DNA of 64,000 nt from contig CM060731.1 in NCBI GenBank assembly GCA_030704615.1, forward strand, positions 51,646,001 to 51,710,000, written 5' to 3'. This document shows positions 48,101 through 59,581 of this stretch, piece after piece (within the stretch, counting starts at the first letter, position 1; every line of letters begins with the position of its first letter). Both the position numbers and the translations under genes were made by a program. This DNA is from Takakia lepidozioides. Taxonomy: Eukaryota; Plantae; Bryophyta. The notes under the pieces are model-generated. The model ran no database searches and was not told the DNA's origin. It was given only the letters and a program-made list of their open reading frames with translations.

Positions 48101-51100
48101 ACTGCCACACAAGAGGGTGTGGTGTCCAATGACGATAACTGAGGTGGTCTTGGTGCAATCACCGCACTCTCCTCCTCTCCTGACGGTACAAAGGCCTCTA
48201 CCTAGGCTTGTTGCATTCGTCTATCAGCAGCCTGCTGCAAATGCTTGCTCGTACCCCACAATGGAGTGAGAGCAACCATGGCAGACAACTCCGTTGTACC
48301 ATGCATGTCATCCTACTCTGATGGAGGTGGCACATCCTCTGCATGGGCATTGCCCTCCAGCAACTCTCCATGCCAACTAACTGCAGCTGTGAAGGCTGCT
48401 AGTGTTGGCATCTTGCCCCGCTGGGCAGCAGCAACACCCCCAATGAATGTCACAGGGAGCTGTACACAACGACCATCCCCTGACTGCCATCCAGGCTTGT
48501 AGGATGCTAACTCCTCCCAAAAATCCAGGGTGAAGCCTATGGGATATAACACTGCCCCACCAACGAGGACATTGTAAGAGACCGCATCTTCACAATGGCC
48601 TTGGCTCACATCACTGAGCCATCTATAGGATGATCCGGCTGTAGTCTAATGGCCAACTCACGCCGTGTCATGCCCCGAGCCTGCTCTGATCCTCCCAGAG
48701 ATGTCTGTATCTGGAAAGGACAAGGCTTCATGTCCGCCTCCATGAGGCCCAAACCTGCAATAGCAGCTCTGCCCAACATCAGTGACTGAGCTCCCGAGTC
48801 CAACAAGACCCGCAGTGGCCGGTACCTTTTGCCTGCCGGTCCACTCAAAGAGAAAATGTCATCCTGGTTGTCTAACAAGACAACTCCAGGTTTCACCATG
48901 ATGCGCTGAAAGGCTGGCTTAGCTGGCAGCTCTGTCAACCTGACAGCTGCAGCTTGTCATGGCGCAGCCGTGGCAGTCTTGACCCTCAAATCCGAGGATC
49001 CCTCTGCCACTACACCTATCACTAACTCCGCAGAAGATGAAATGACATCCCCACTCTCGCAGAGTGTTGCTGCTAGTCTAAACACTGCAACTGGTCTTAC
49101 CCCATACGTCGCGATCATGGTTGCCGAGAATAGTGGGGCCTGACACACAGAGGTGGTTGCCCCCAACAACACACAGGCTGCACTAGCCTTGGTAGCAGGT
49201 GTCAGTGCTGCACGTGTAGCTCTCCCCAACGGCACAATAACGGCCTCTGTATCTGTCGGGCGATGTCATCGACACTGTCTCTCTCCCAAGATGAATGATT
49301 GAGGCAACCTAGCCTGACGGCTTGCCTCCCCACGCTGTGGATCTAACTCCACCTCTGCACCTCGTGGCTCAGGAACTCGTGCTGCTCCTCGAGTGACGGC
49401 TGCAGCAGAATCCACCTGTATAAGTGGCCATTCAAGTGCTGCCCCGCACATAAATCCCATGCCTCCCATGTCTCCTCCGTCAGGATGACGCTGCTGAGGA
49501 GGAACAGGAGGTGGACCCTCAGGTCTTGGAGCTGGTACCACCCGAGCCGTGGCCATGGCAGCAAGCCGTTGCTCTAGCTGCTGAAGCCGGTTAGCCAAGC
49601 CTTGGTCAATGCCCTGACCTCCACGTCCTTGGCCATACTGTGCTTGCCCTCGTCCTGCACCTTGTGCCTGACCACCTCGTCCTCTCTGAGGTGCTCCACT
49701 TTGCCCTCGGCCACCATTGTTCCATTGGAACTAGCCTCGCCGCAACTCAGGGTGCAAGTCATAACATTGGGCATCGTCATGCCCATACTTGCCACAATGC
49801 CCACACTGCAACTATGCAGGCTGTGCTTGTGCCGGCCTTTTGCCACTCTCTGGGCAATCTTTCTTGACATGAGGTCCTCCACATGTCCAACATATCACCC
49901 CTGGTTGCTGTTGGGTTGCAAAAGAAGCTACTGGCCTCTGCACTTGAGGTCCCCTGTAAGCTCCATGGAATTTGGGTTGGGCAACCTTGCCCCCCTGACC
50001 ACGCTGTTGGGCAGTCCCTTGTACCTGTTGGCTGGCAGCTGCGCCTCGTACAGGCATGTCCTTGCCAAATCCAATGGTAACAACTCGCTCCTCCACCATG
50101 TTGAGCTCAATCCGCTCAGCCAGCAAAAACACATCTGCTAATGTGGGTTGGGCCGCTTGTAACAGGGTTGCATCCCGCACCCTTCTCCTGAGCTCCTTGT
50201 CCAAAATTCCATACCAGAACTGGACAACATGAGCTTCAGTAACCCCTTGGGTCACACTTATCAAGCGCCTCATACGAGTGTAGGCCTCTCGCAAGCTCTC
50301 ACTGGATTTGCGCTAGAAGTCTTGCAAACTTCGCAGCTTCTCTGTCCGTACGCCTTGGTAGTTCGTCCGCAACTCCTGGAAGAACTCCACCACCGGGTTG
50401 AATCTAGGCACATGTGTTGTAGTCGTGGCAGGAGGAGTAGTAGCACCTTTTGAACTGGTACCACCTGCAGAAGTACCGACACTACTTGTTCCACTACTAG
50501 TGCTGGCAGTGGGAGATATTGGTGCTGATGCAACTACTGGTCGCGTCATGCCTCGAGTAATGGAGACGTAGTCAGGTGACCAATACATCCTCCACTCCTC
50601 AATCTCTGCTTCATGTCCTCGCCTGAACTCGTGGTAATCGTCCATAGGCGGGCCTTCCAAATGCTGGAACAGTCCCTTCCACGCCATGAATGGGGTGAAC
50701 AGCTGTGGATTGCGCATCTGCTGCAAATCACACCAGCTGTCAAACTCCTGGATAACGTCATCCAGCTCGATTGTGCCCACAGCTCCAGAGTACCTACGAG
50801 GCCCCTGGTAGCTCCATACATCTCCTCCATGGCGTCCCACAACTATGGCGAAGGAAACTGCACACCTGTTGATGAAGCCTCCGAGTCTGTGTCAGACTCT
50901 GCACTAGTTGAGGGTGGAGGTGAAGATGGTCTGAACCGAATACCTCGTCTTGTGAACCCACTTTCACTGCTACTGCCTGTAACCGTACTCCCCTCAAAAC
51001 CCTTGGGTAACTCCGTGATGACACTCACAACCCGCACCTCTCTCACGTGATCCTATAAGGCTCTAGTACTAATTCTAATAGTGACACAGGTGAGCACTTG

Positions 51101-53271
51101 TTGCGGATTAAGGGTCATATCCCAGTGGCTAAGGGCACCTGCACCTGCATCCACCGCAAGAACTCCTATGGTTGGCTGGTCATCAACCCAGTCTCACCAT
51201 AGAAGAAACACTGGTGGTCTTGTTGGTCATCACTCTAGCCTCACCACCAACAGCATACTCTAGGATTGACCGGTGATCAAATCCGGCCTAATCCCTATGA
51301 AAGCAAGCGCCCACACAAAACCAACATGGCGCACAGTCAAGCATGCAGGTGTTGGGGGGGATCCAAACACAAGAAATCAAAACATCAACACCCCCACACC
51401 AAAATCCATCTGCAGTGCTGATCCTGCAGAATATCCCAGCCCAAAAACCCCGGACTGACTAGCCTCTACCAAGAGAGGCTTTGGCAACTACAAGTACAAA
51501 GTAATGAAAATAGTAAAGAGAAGGAGGGGAAGAATAGAGGCCCGACCAAGCAAGATCTAATCCTGATCTATGCTATCAACTGCTAGACTTCTCTCAAAGT
51601 GCCTCGCTCTGCATGATAGTAAGGTGTAGGAGGTATATCTATGTCCAGAAACCTGCCACTAACCTTATCCCAAGCTACAGTAGCTCGCTCTAACCAACCC
51701 TCCTCCTCTCTCTGCCAGGTAGAGACAAAGCAATACTCCCCTATCTCCCGCTCACTGAATACTAAAAAAAATAAACGTAGGGTCTGACAGTCTCTCAACT
51801 CGAAAGCTTTGAGACGGTTGCGGGTGTCCTCGTTGCGAATGACTGCATTTCCTTCAAGCAGAACAAACTTTTCATTGCTAATGAACCCCCGCTCGTGGTT
51901 GCCTTGTGCAGAGCGTGTCCGGCTGCAACCATGTCTGATTGCACAAACTTGTGTAGCTCCTGCTCCTCTGCTCCAGTACACTACGGCCTTGTGGCTGAAC
52001 ACCTTGGTGACTGACTTACTGACCAAGGCAGTGGATTGGAAGTGTGCATGTGAACGGTTTCCGAAGTCTGATGGAGGTGGTGATGATAAAGAGAATCACA
52101 TAATTCAGGGGGAACATGAGAGCAAGCCTGTGGTGGTGCGTCTGTAACCACAAATGAATCCTGGGAATTATAGGCCGTTGCCAGGGAGTATGTGAGAACT
52201 ACATGAACATGTTCGGAACCCGTAGATAACCTGGGAACAGCTTTTAATGGCGAGAACGTTTTGGTGTCAAAAAAAAAAAAAAAAAAACCCTTTTGATCTA
52301 ATTTAAATGATTTAGAGCCTAATTGGTCATATCTTTGTCAAATGGACGCCGTTTGACTTAGTTTTTGGGGGGATAGTTATAGAAAGAGGAAATCTACCTA
52401 TCTAGTTTTTAGGACTCTGCTAAAAATCTATGGAAATTTTTGAGTGTGAGTGAGAGTGTGAGGGTGCTATGAAAGATCCACAATTCTGTTTCTAGAACCT
52501 GTTGTGGTCTACATGAGAGACAAATCTGTGGATGTCCTCCTTGTATGGCTGGGGGAAATGAGGACATAATTGAAGGGCATGTCTCTTCTCTTAGCCTGTG
52601 CACACAAGGGGACAAGATTTATGTTTCTCAAGGAACTCAGATTGATTGGAGTGGAGAGCAGTTGGACAAGTTGATTGCATACTGGGAGTCAGGCATTAGC
52701 AATAGACAACAAACTGTTGTAGTTGGTGTTGAGGGCCTCAATATTGCTTTGGACAGTCAGAACTCTGTTGGAGCAAGCAGTTCTGCAGCTGTAGGTGAAA
52801 TACCAAAGTGGGTAGAAGCTAGGCTTGGAACACAGCCAATACAATTCAGCACTGGTTTGCACAACTCGCAGTTGTCTCCGCCACTCTGCCCCCTTAGAAT
52901 CCCACTAGGAAGTAGTGATATTGGGTCTAAGTTGGGAAGCAAGTTCACATGTGTATTGCACCAGCGCCGGGAGACTGCCCACCTTCACAGCAGACTGTAT
53001 GCCCTTACGCCATGCCTGCCACCACCCTTGCCTACTGGAGCACACCCCTTTGGAAGACAGCTTTGTTTGCACTCAAGAGCGTCATCTATGTCCGGGTAAA
53101 CGGTTCTTAGACCCCATCAGTCTCAAGAGCTATGTCGTGAAGAATAGCAGAAATAGCTGCATGGACACGTCTCCATCTAGCTGCAGCTGCCAGGTTGACA
53201 GATCACATGAACAAAAATGCCAGAGCCTACACAATGAAGAAAGTTGAACAAAGTCCGCACTGGAACTCTAC

Positions 53272-53766
53272 TGTTGATGATGCACTTGACATCTTTCTAA
53301 CTAAAAATTACCTGAACACATATAATCACTTCTCTGTCTCCAACCAGCTTGTCATAAACATAATCTACAAACCACCATAATTTTCTTCTCTCACTTTCAA
53401 AACAAAAACCACAAGTGCTAAAACTAAACTCACCTCTGGCACTCACAGATGCAAGCTCATTTCTCTCGAGTGATTGAAAACTAGATTCACACTGTTGACA
53501 CAGAAACACTCAATACAACACAATCACTCATTAAAACTACGAGTCGAGCCAGGGGCACCCCAAGCTATGGGGAATTCACCCCACAACATCCTATTCTCCC
53601 TTCATAAGCACACTTAGATTCTAAGCAGTGAAGGAGCTCGGTCGTGCAGGCTCAACTCGAGAGAGATGAGCCGCACGACTGACGCTCTCGTGAAGATAAG
53701 ATGGTTCAGGTGTCAAACTAAACTTGACACCTGACTTAACACTTGAGCTCCTTGAAAATCTGTCAC
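53272..53766 (-). mobile_element. Putative 3' LTR (~495 bp) of an element lying to its right
   Basis: On the minus strand a PPT-like GGGGGGTGGT (53767-53778) is directly followed by TGTGACA...; candidate end ...TCATCAACA at 53272; contains the segment repeated at 43120-43373. Confidence 0.55.
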
Positions 53767-53965
53767 AACCACCCCCCCAATCACTGAGTTCAGGCATTCT
53801 AGGATCCAACACTGAAACAAAATACTAAAACACTGAAACAGAAATAAAAAGTACAACAACACCAGTTTACCTACTGACTATGACTGAGTATCGCTTCTTT
53901 CACAATCCTTTCATGAAAACCATCAAACCGTTTTTCTTGGGAACCCTCGAATTTTTTCGTGTATT

Positions 53966-54865
53966 TGGACTTCGGAATGCTGGAATTCTGCACCTCTAGT
54001 ATCATATCATCTTCAGTACCTCATATACTAAAAATTATTAAAAACTTATACTAGTGTAAAAAATAGAAGCATCTACAAACTTAGAATGTTTGGCATGGTT
54101 TGGTTCAATGCTGAAACCTTCACTTCTAGCAGCAGGAGCAACACCCTTTTCAAATACACTGGACTTCACAAATGCTAGAAATCTGCACTAGTACAAATTC
54201 ATTTTTAGTATACAAAAGATTACTAGGAAGATTATTAAAAACTTGTACTAGTCTACAAAATAGAAGCCTCTACAAACTTACAATATCTGGCATGGTTGGA
54301 TCAATGTTGAAACCTTCACTTCTAGCGGTAGGAGCTACAACCTTCTCAAATACACTGGACTTCACAATGTTGGAAATCTACACAAGTACAAACTCATCTT
54401 TAGCACCTCATAATACGAAAGATTACTAGGAAGATATTAAAAACTTATACTAGTCTACAAAATAGAAGCCTCTGCAAACTTACAATGTCTAGCATGGTTG
54501 GATCAATGCTGAAACCTTCACTTCCAGCGGCATGAGCAACATCCTTCTCAAGTACACTGGACTTCACAATGTTGGAAATCTACACAAGTACAAATTCACC
54601 TTTAGCGCCTCATAATACGAAATTTCCCTTCAACAAAAAAAAAAATACGAAAGATTACAAAGAAGATTATTAAAAACTTATACTAGTCTACAAAACAGAA
54701 TCCTCTACAAACTTACAAGGTCTGGCATGGTTGGTACAATGTTGAAATCTTTACTTCCAGCGGCAGGAGCAACACCCTTCTCAAATACACTGGACTTCAC
54801 GATGCTGGAAATCTGCACACATACAAAATCATCTTTAGCGCCTCATAATACTAAAGATGATTAAG
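53966..54865 (-). repeat. Tandem repeat, ~4.4 copies of ~195-230 bp; each unit is a 96-nt exon-like segment plus a GT-AG intron
   Basis: TGGACTTC anchors at 53966, 54160, 54356, 54558 and 54791. Minus-strand AG|96 nt|GTAAGT at 54812-54717, 54579-54484 and 54377-54282. Confidence 0.9.
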
Positions 54866-55929
54866 AACTTATTGCTTGTGGCACAAATTGGTAAAACTGG
54901 ATAAAACTTCTGTCCAATTTCAAGCCAATTAAGTTTCTAATTCGTACACATGTGGAATGGCGGAGGAGCTAAACCTAAGATTTGTGAAAAATAGCACTTC
55001 AGGTATGGTCTATTTGTTCCCCAACCTGTTCTTGCTTACCTTCTGGCTCAGGATGTGGTAGAAACTTATACAAACTTGGTTAAAGATTCATCTTAAATAT
55101 TCTGCATCCATGCAGTAGAACTGGTTGAAGTGGTCTTATGGTTTCAATACCTGTGCATTAGTGGTGGTTTTGAGCATCTGTACCAACCATGCACATTTGT
55201 GTCTTGTTGCTTTGCTATATGAATGTCTAGATCTTCAAGTTCTGTTGTTGGACCTGATTCGATCATATATGTTTCTCCATCTCCTACTATCAATGTTCCA
55301 GATAGTTCCTCTTTAAAAGTGAAGGAGATTGACTCAGATGTAGAGGATGACACCGAGCTTGTAGAGCATTGCGATGACCGTTGGCCTATGTGTGCAGAAT
55401 TGAAATCTAAAACCAAGTGCATTCCTATGTATCCAAGCGTCTCCTATGTCGAGGCCTATCTAAGCCCAACTGCAATCTTATATATATCCAAGTATATCTC
55501 CCATGTAGAGGCCAAATGTCCACTGTCATCTAACCCCAAGTGCAATCTCTTATGTATCCAAGAACGTCTCCCACGTCAAGGCCCAGTTTTTTTTTTTAAT
55601 GAATTTATTGAGTAGTAATATATCCAATAATTATTGATATATCTCTTGTTGAGGCTCCAATCATTGTGTAGGCCATTTTGTTATTTTTCACGAATTTCCA
55701 GTGACCAAAATTCCAAATCTCCCACATGAAGGGCCAGTCATTGCTCCAGGAAAGCCCACTTTGCTATATTCACGAATTTCCAGCGACCGAAAATACTTAA
55801 ATTCCATATCTCCCACACCGCAGGTCCCAAAACCATGATTCCAAGTGGGTGCACCCCTCCTCATGGAGGGCTTTCCAAGGGCACCAAGCGCGGGGAGTGG
55901 GCCCGCAGTTTGGGAGATCTCAACTATGC

Positions 55930-56070
55930 TACAAAACAAAACAAACCTAAAATTGGCTCTCTTGCTTTGGCAAACGATAAGAGGAAGGTGAGAGTAAGGG
56001 GCATGACTCAGCACAGTCGGACCACTCGGAGCCTTGACACGGTGTAAGGTCCTCTTACCACATTTTTTCC
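55930..56070. repeat. ~140-bp repeat, copy 1 of 3 (upstream of purH)
   Basis: GGCTCTCTTGCTTTGGC...GGGGCAT.ACT.AGCAC...GAGCCTTGACACGGTGTAAGGTCCT, shared with 58350-58500 and 58600-58735. Confidence 0.85.
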
Positions 56071-56339
56071 ATTAACTAAACATGTTGCAAAGTCTCTCTG
56101 CAAGAGAGCCAACAAACAAACAACCTGGCTCCATATAAGATTGATTGTCATACTCTCCCTCATGGCACACCGTAAGATGTGAGTGGATTTGCGTCATGTG
56201 GTTGCAAAGGGCAAATTACTGATTCCTCCACTACGAAGCTTACATACCTGCCGTCCGTATGATTATTGAGTTTTTTCTTGAGGGAAACAATATAACCCTT
56301 CGAAGGTATTGAGAAGTTAGGGTTGTGCGGTGCTGGGCG

Positions 56340-58190
56340 ATGGCCATGGCTTCATCGGCGCTCCCTTCTGCTGGATCGCTCTCCCTGCAATCCGCATTCC
56401 AATCCCTACGTGTTGAGGAATTTTTCCCCCGCCATCTCCAGCTTTTTGTCAGCGGTGGGGGATTGTTTGGTAAGCAGCAGTTGGCGTTGAAAGCTGTGAG
56501 TTTTCGAGCTATGTCAGCTGCAGCTGGTGTATCCCCCGGAGCTGCAACTGCTACCTCAGTATCAGCGGATGTCTCACTGACAGGACCCAAGCAAGCCCTA
56601 CTGTCCCTGTCAGACAAGCAGGATGTGGATGTTCTTGCACAAGGCCTTACTGATCTGGGCTTCAAGCTGGTGTCAACGGGTGGCACTGCATCAGCATTGG
56701 AGGACGCAGGGTTTGCTGTCACGCGAGTTGAAGAACTGACATCCTTCCCAGAGATGTTGGATGGGCGAGTCAAGACCTTGCACCCAGCAGTGCATGGAGG
56801 CATACTTGCAAGACGAGATCTGCAACCCCACATGGATGCACTCCAGCAACATGGAATTGGGGCAATTGACGTGGTGGTAGTGAATCTCTACCCTTTCTAC
56901 AGCACAGTTACGACTCGAGAAGGAGCATCTTTCGACCATGCGTTGGAAAACATTGACATTGGAGGTCCTGCAATGATTAGGGCTGCTGCAAAGAATCACA
57001 GGGATGTGTTCGTGGTAGTGGACCCAGCCGATTATGCAGCATTGTTAACAAACCTGCAGGGTAAGGGTGACACTGAAAGTTTTCGAAGGAAGCTCGCATG
57101 GAAGGCCTTTCAGCATGTGGCTTCCTATGACTCAGCTGTTGCTGAGTGGTTTTGGGAGCAAACTAGTAGCAAAGATTCAACAGGCAAACAGGAGTTTCCT
57201 CCGAGCTTGACGGTGCCTCTCATTTTAAAGTCATGCTTAAGGTATGGTGAGAACCCACACCAACGAGCAGCCTTCTATGAGGATAGGTCACTGGCTGGAG
57301 TTGGCGGAGGAGGCATTGCCACAGCTGTGCAGCACCATGGCAAGGAAATGTCATATAACAATTATCTGGACGCTGATGCTGCTTGGAACTGCGTATGTGA
57401 GTTCCGTAATCCCACGTGTGTGGTGGTGAAGCACACCAACCCTTGTGGGGTCGCCTCCATTGGGCCAAACACTGATATCCTGGAAGCCTACCGCCTTGCA
57501 GTCAGGGCTGATCCTGTCAGTGCGTTTGGGGGCATTGTCGCCTTCAATGTGGAGGTGGACGAGACCCTTGCCCGTGAGATACGGGAATTTCGTAGCCCAA
57601 CAGACGGTGAGACCCGCATGTTCTATGAGATTGTTATTGCCCCCAAGTACACAGAAAAGGGGCTTGAGTTGCTCAAGGGAAAATCCAAGACATTGCGCAT
57701 TTTGGAAGCCCAAGAAAGCACAAGAGGGAGGTGCTCACTGCGGCAGGTTGGTGGCGGATGGTTGCTACAGGAGGCTGATGATCTCACTCCAGATGATCTC
57801 GGTTTTGAGGTAGTTAGCATGGGGGTCCCTTCTCTGGAGCAAGTGGATGATGCACGGTTTGCATGGCTGTGTGTCAAGCACGTGAAAAGCAATGCAATTG
57901 TTGTGGCCAAGGATAACAGAATGCTGGGGATGGGGAGCGGTCAACCTAACCGAGTGAAGAGTTTGCAAATAGCACTTGAAAAGGCGGGTGAGGCAGCCAA
58001 GGGTGCTGCTCTTGCTAGTGATGCTTTCTTTCCATTTGCCTGGAATGATGCTGTTGAGGAGGCCTGCAAGGCCGGGGTGAAGGTGATAGCACAACCAGGA
58101 GGCAGCATGCGGGATCAGGATGCTATTGATTGCTGCAATAAGTATGGCGTTGCTATGCTCCTCACTGGCGTTCGTCATTTCCGACATTGA
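56340..58190 (+). CDS. purH: Bifunctional AICAR transformylase/IMP cyclohydrolase, organelle-targeted, intronless
   Basis: ALLSLSDK, STGGTA, FPEMLDGRVKTLHPAVHGGIL, ENIDIGGP, LRYGENPHQ, KHTNPCG, KHVKSNAIV, ASDAFFPF, TGVRHFRH; Ser/Ala-rich N-terminal presequence. Confidence 0.97.
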   Translation: MAMASSALPSAGSLSLQSAFQSLRVEEFFPRHLQLFVSGGGLFGKQQLALKAVSFRAMSAAAGVSPGAATATSVSADVSLTGPKQALLSLSDKQDVDVLAQGLTDLGFKLVSTGGTASALEDAGFAVTRVEELTSFPEMLDGRVKTLHPAVHGGILARRDLQPHMDALQQHGIGAIDVVVVNLYPFYSTVTTREGASFDHALENIDIGGPAMIRAAAKNHRDVFVVVDPADYAALLTNLQGKGDTESFRRKLAWKAFQHVASYDSAVAEWFWEQTSSKDSTGKQEFPPSLTVPLILKSCLRYGENPHQRAAFYEDRSLAGVGGGGIATAVQHHGKEMSYNNYLDADAAWNCVCEFRNPTCVVVKHTNPCGVASIGPNTDILEAYRLAVRADPVSAFGGIVAFNVEVDETLAREIREFRSPTDGETRMFYEIVIAPKYTEKGLELLKGKSKTLRILEAQESTRGRCSLRQVGGGWLLQEADDLTPDDLGFEVVSMGVPSLEQVDDARFAWLCVKHVKSNAIVVAKDNRMLGMGSGQPNRVKSLQIALEKAGEAAKGAALASDAFFPFAWNDAVEEACKAGVKVIAQPGGSMRDQDAIDCCNKYGVAMLLTGVRHFRH

Positions 58191-58349
58191 CCCATTCCTA
58201 ACTCATGCACCTAGTCTTCTCTTTATTCTAAAGAGGAGTCCATAAACTAGTGAATACCTGTTATGTTTGGGTGTTTTTTCCGGTGAAGGTATATTAGGAT
58301 CTTCTCCCATTTTGGCACTGATGCGTGGTCTCCTCTTGAGGGAGGAGCC

Positions 58350-58735
58350 AATAAACAAGCCTCAAACGGCAATAGGCTCTCTTGCTTTGGCAATGTGACA
58401 CTAAAAGTAAAGGGGCATAACTCAGCACAACACACCACTCCGAGCCTTGACACCACTGGGAGCCTTGAAACAATGTAAGGTTTTGACCACATTTTCTCCC
58501 TCGACTTCAACATGATTTTTTCTTCTTGAAAGAAAAAGGGAAACACATGGGAGCGACCACATGATGCATACTACTATGTTTCCCTTCCTTTACAACTACG
58601 AAAACAAGCCTAAAACGGCGATGGGCTCTCTTGCTTTGGCTAAACATAAGAGGAAGGTGAGAGTCAGGGGCATTACTGAGCACAACGCGCCAATAGGAGC
58701 CTTGACACGGTGTAAGGTCCTTTGACCACTCCCAC
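58350..58735. repeat. ~140-bp repeat, copies 2 and 3 (downstream of purH)
   Basis: Same orientation and core motifs as 55930-56070. Confidence 0.85.
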
Positions 58736-59581
58736 ATATACATATATATTCCCGCAGTTGGGATGCAAGAGCAATGAGCATTGGTGAGGCGGCATGAGTG
58801 TGGCATGCGGGGCCTGTGCGTTCTACCGTCCAAGCGCCTCAGCACCGCTCATCGCTCTGCCGCAAGCCACAGAGTGATCGAGGGTCTGAGTGAGATTCTG
58901 GTGTGGCCCACCGGCCCAGTTGCACAGCTTTCTCACACGCACCGAACGTTATCACCAACAATCGGTCGGTAGGTATTCTACGCAGCGTGCAGGCATCGCA
59001 GCTCCGCATCGCCCTCGCTTCCTCCCGAGCAGGTAACGGGTAGGATGCATGTAGTAAGCATGCATGTGCATTGAATCTACAGTGTACATGAATGTTTGTG
59101 AGAGGTGCTAGGAGCCAGGGATTGGGCATCCGCTGGGAGGCTACCAACGTGTGAGGCTAGAAAGTGTTGGCACCTTTACTGCAAGATGGGACTCAATACA
59201 GAATACGTATGGACCCAACTGAAATGCGGATGAGAGTCCCTGGCCTGAGACTCAGACAGTCAAGCACTTAGTGCGAGATTGAATTAAAATCCCGTGCATA
59301 ATTGGTCGTCTAGGGTGTGATTGATCAAAGTAAGTGCTGTGTGGCAGTGGATGAATCCCGGTGCTGGTGGACTCGGCACTACCCACTTATTACTATCTGG
59401 GGAGTGGAGAGGAAGGAAGGAAGGGAAGGGAAGGGAAGTGATAAGAAGAGACATTGTTTTTGTGGACTTGGATTTTACAAGCCAGCCTGCCTGGAGGCTG
59501 GCGGCAGTGGAGCCCGACAATCTGTTTGTGGTTCTTCTGGTTATAGTGCGGTGAGAGTGAGAGATTGCAGGTGGGTGGGTG

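Larger units (their letters stand above)
43452..51050 (-). mobile_element. Ty3/Gypsy LTR retrotransposon internal region, decayed: gag-CCHC-PR-DNMT-RT-RNaseH-INT-PHD
   Basis: gag with CWTCGGPHVKKDC and CGHCGKYGHDDAQC knuckles; PR VLLDSGA; RT RMCGDYRPVN, FSTLDLRSGYHQL, PFGLKNA, YIDD; RNase H LHTDWS...TDHQPL; integrase HHCC and DFAGPLP...; C-terminal PHD. PPT-like AGGGGGCGA at ~43452-43462 (minus). Confidence 0.95.

Noticed and set aside
51809-53247. ORFs between gag and the right-hand repeat as an env-like or accessory gene
   Set aside because: Opposite strand to the element, fragmented, with no recognisable domain or TM pattern; cannot be supported.
53966-54865. CRISPR-like array
   Set aside because: Eukaryotic context, whole ~200-bp units are repeated with no unique spacers, and there are no cas genes.
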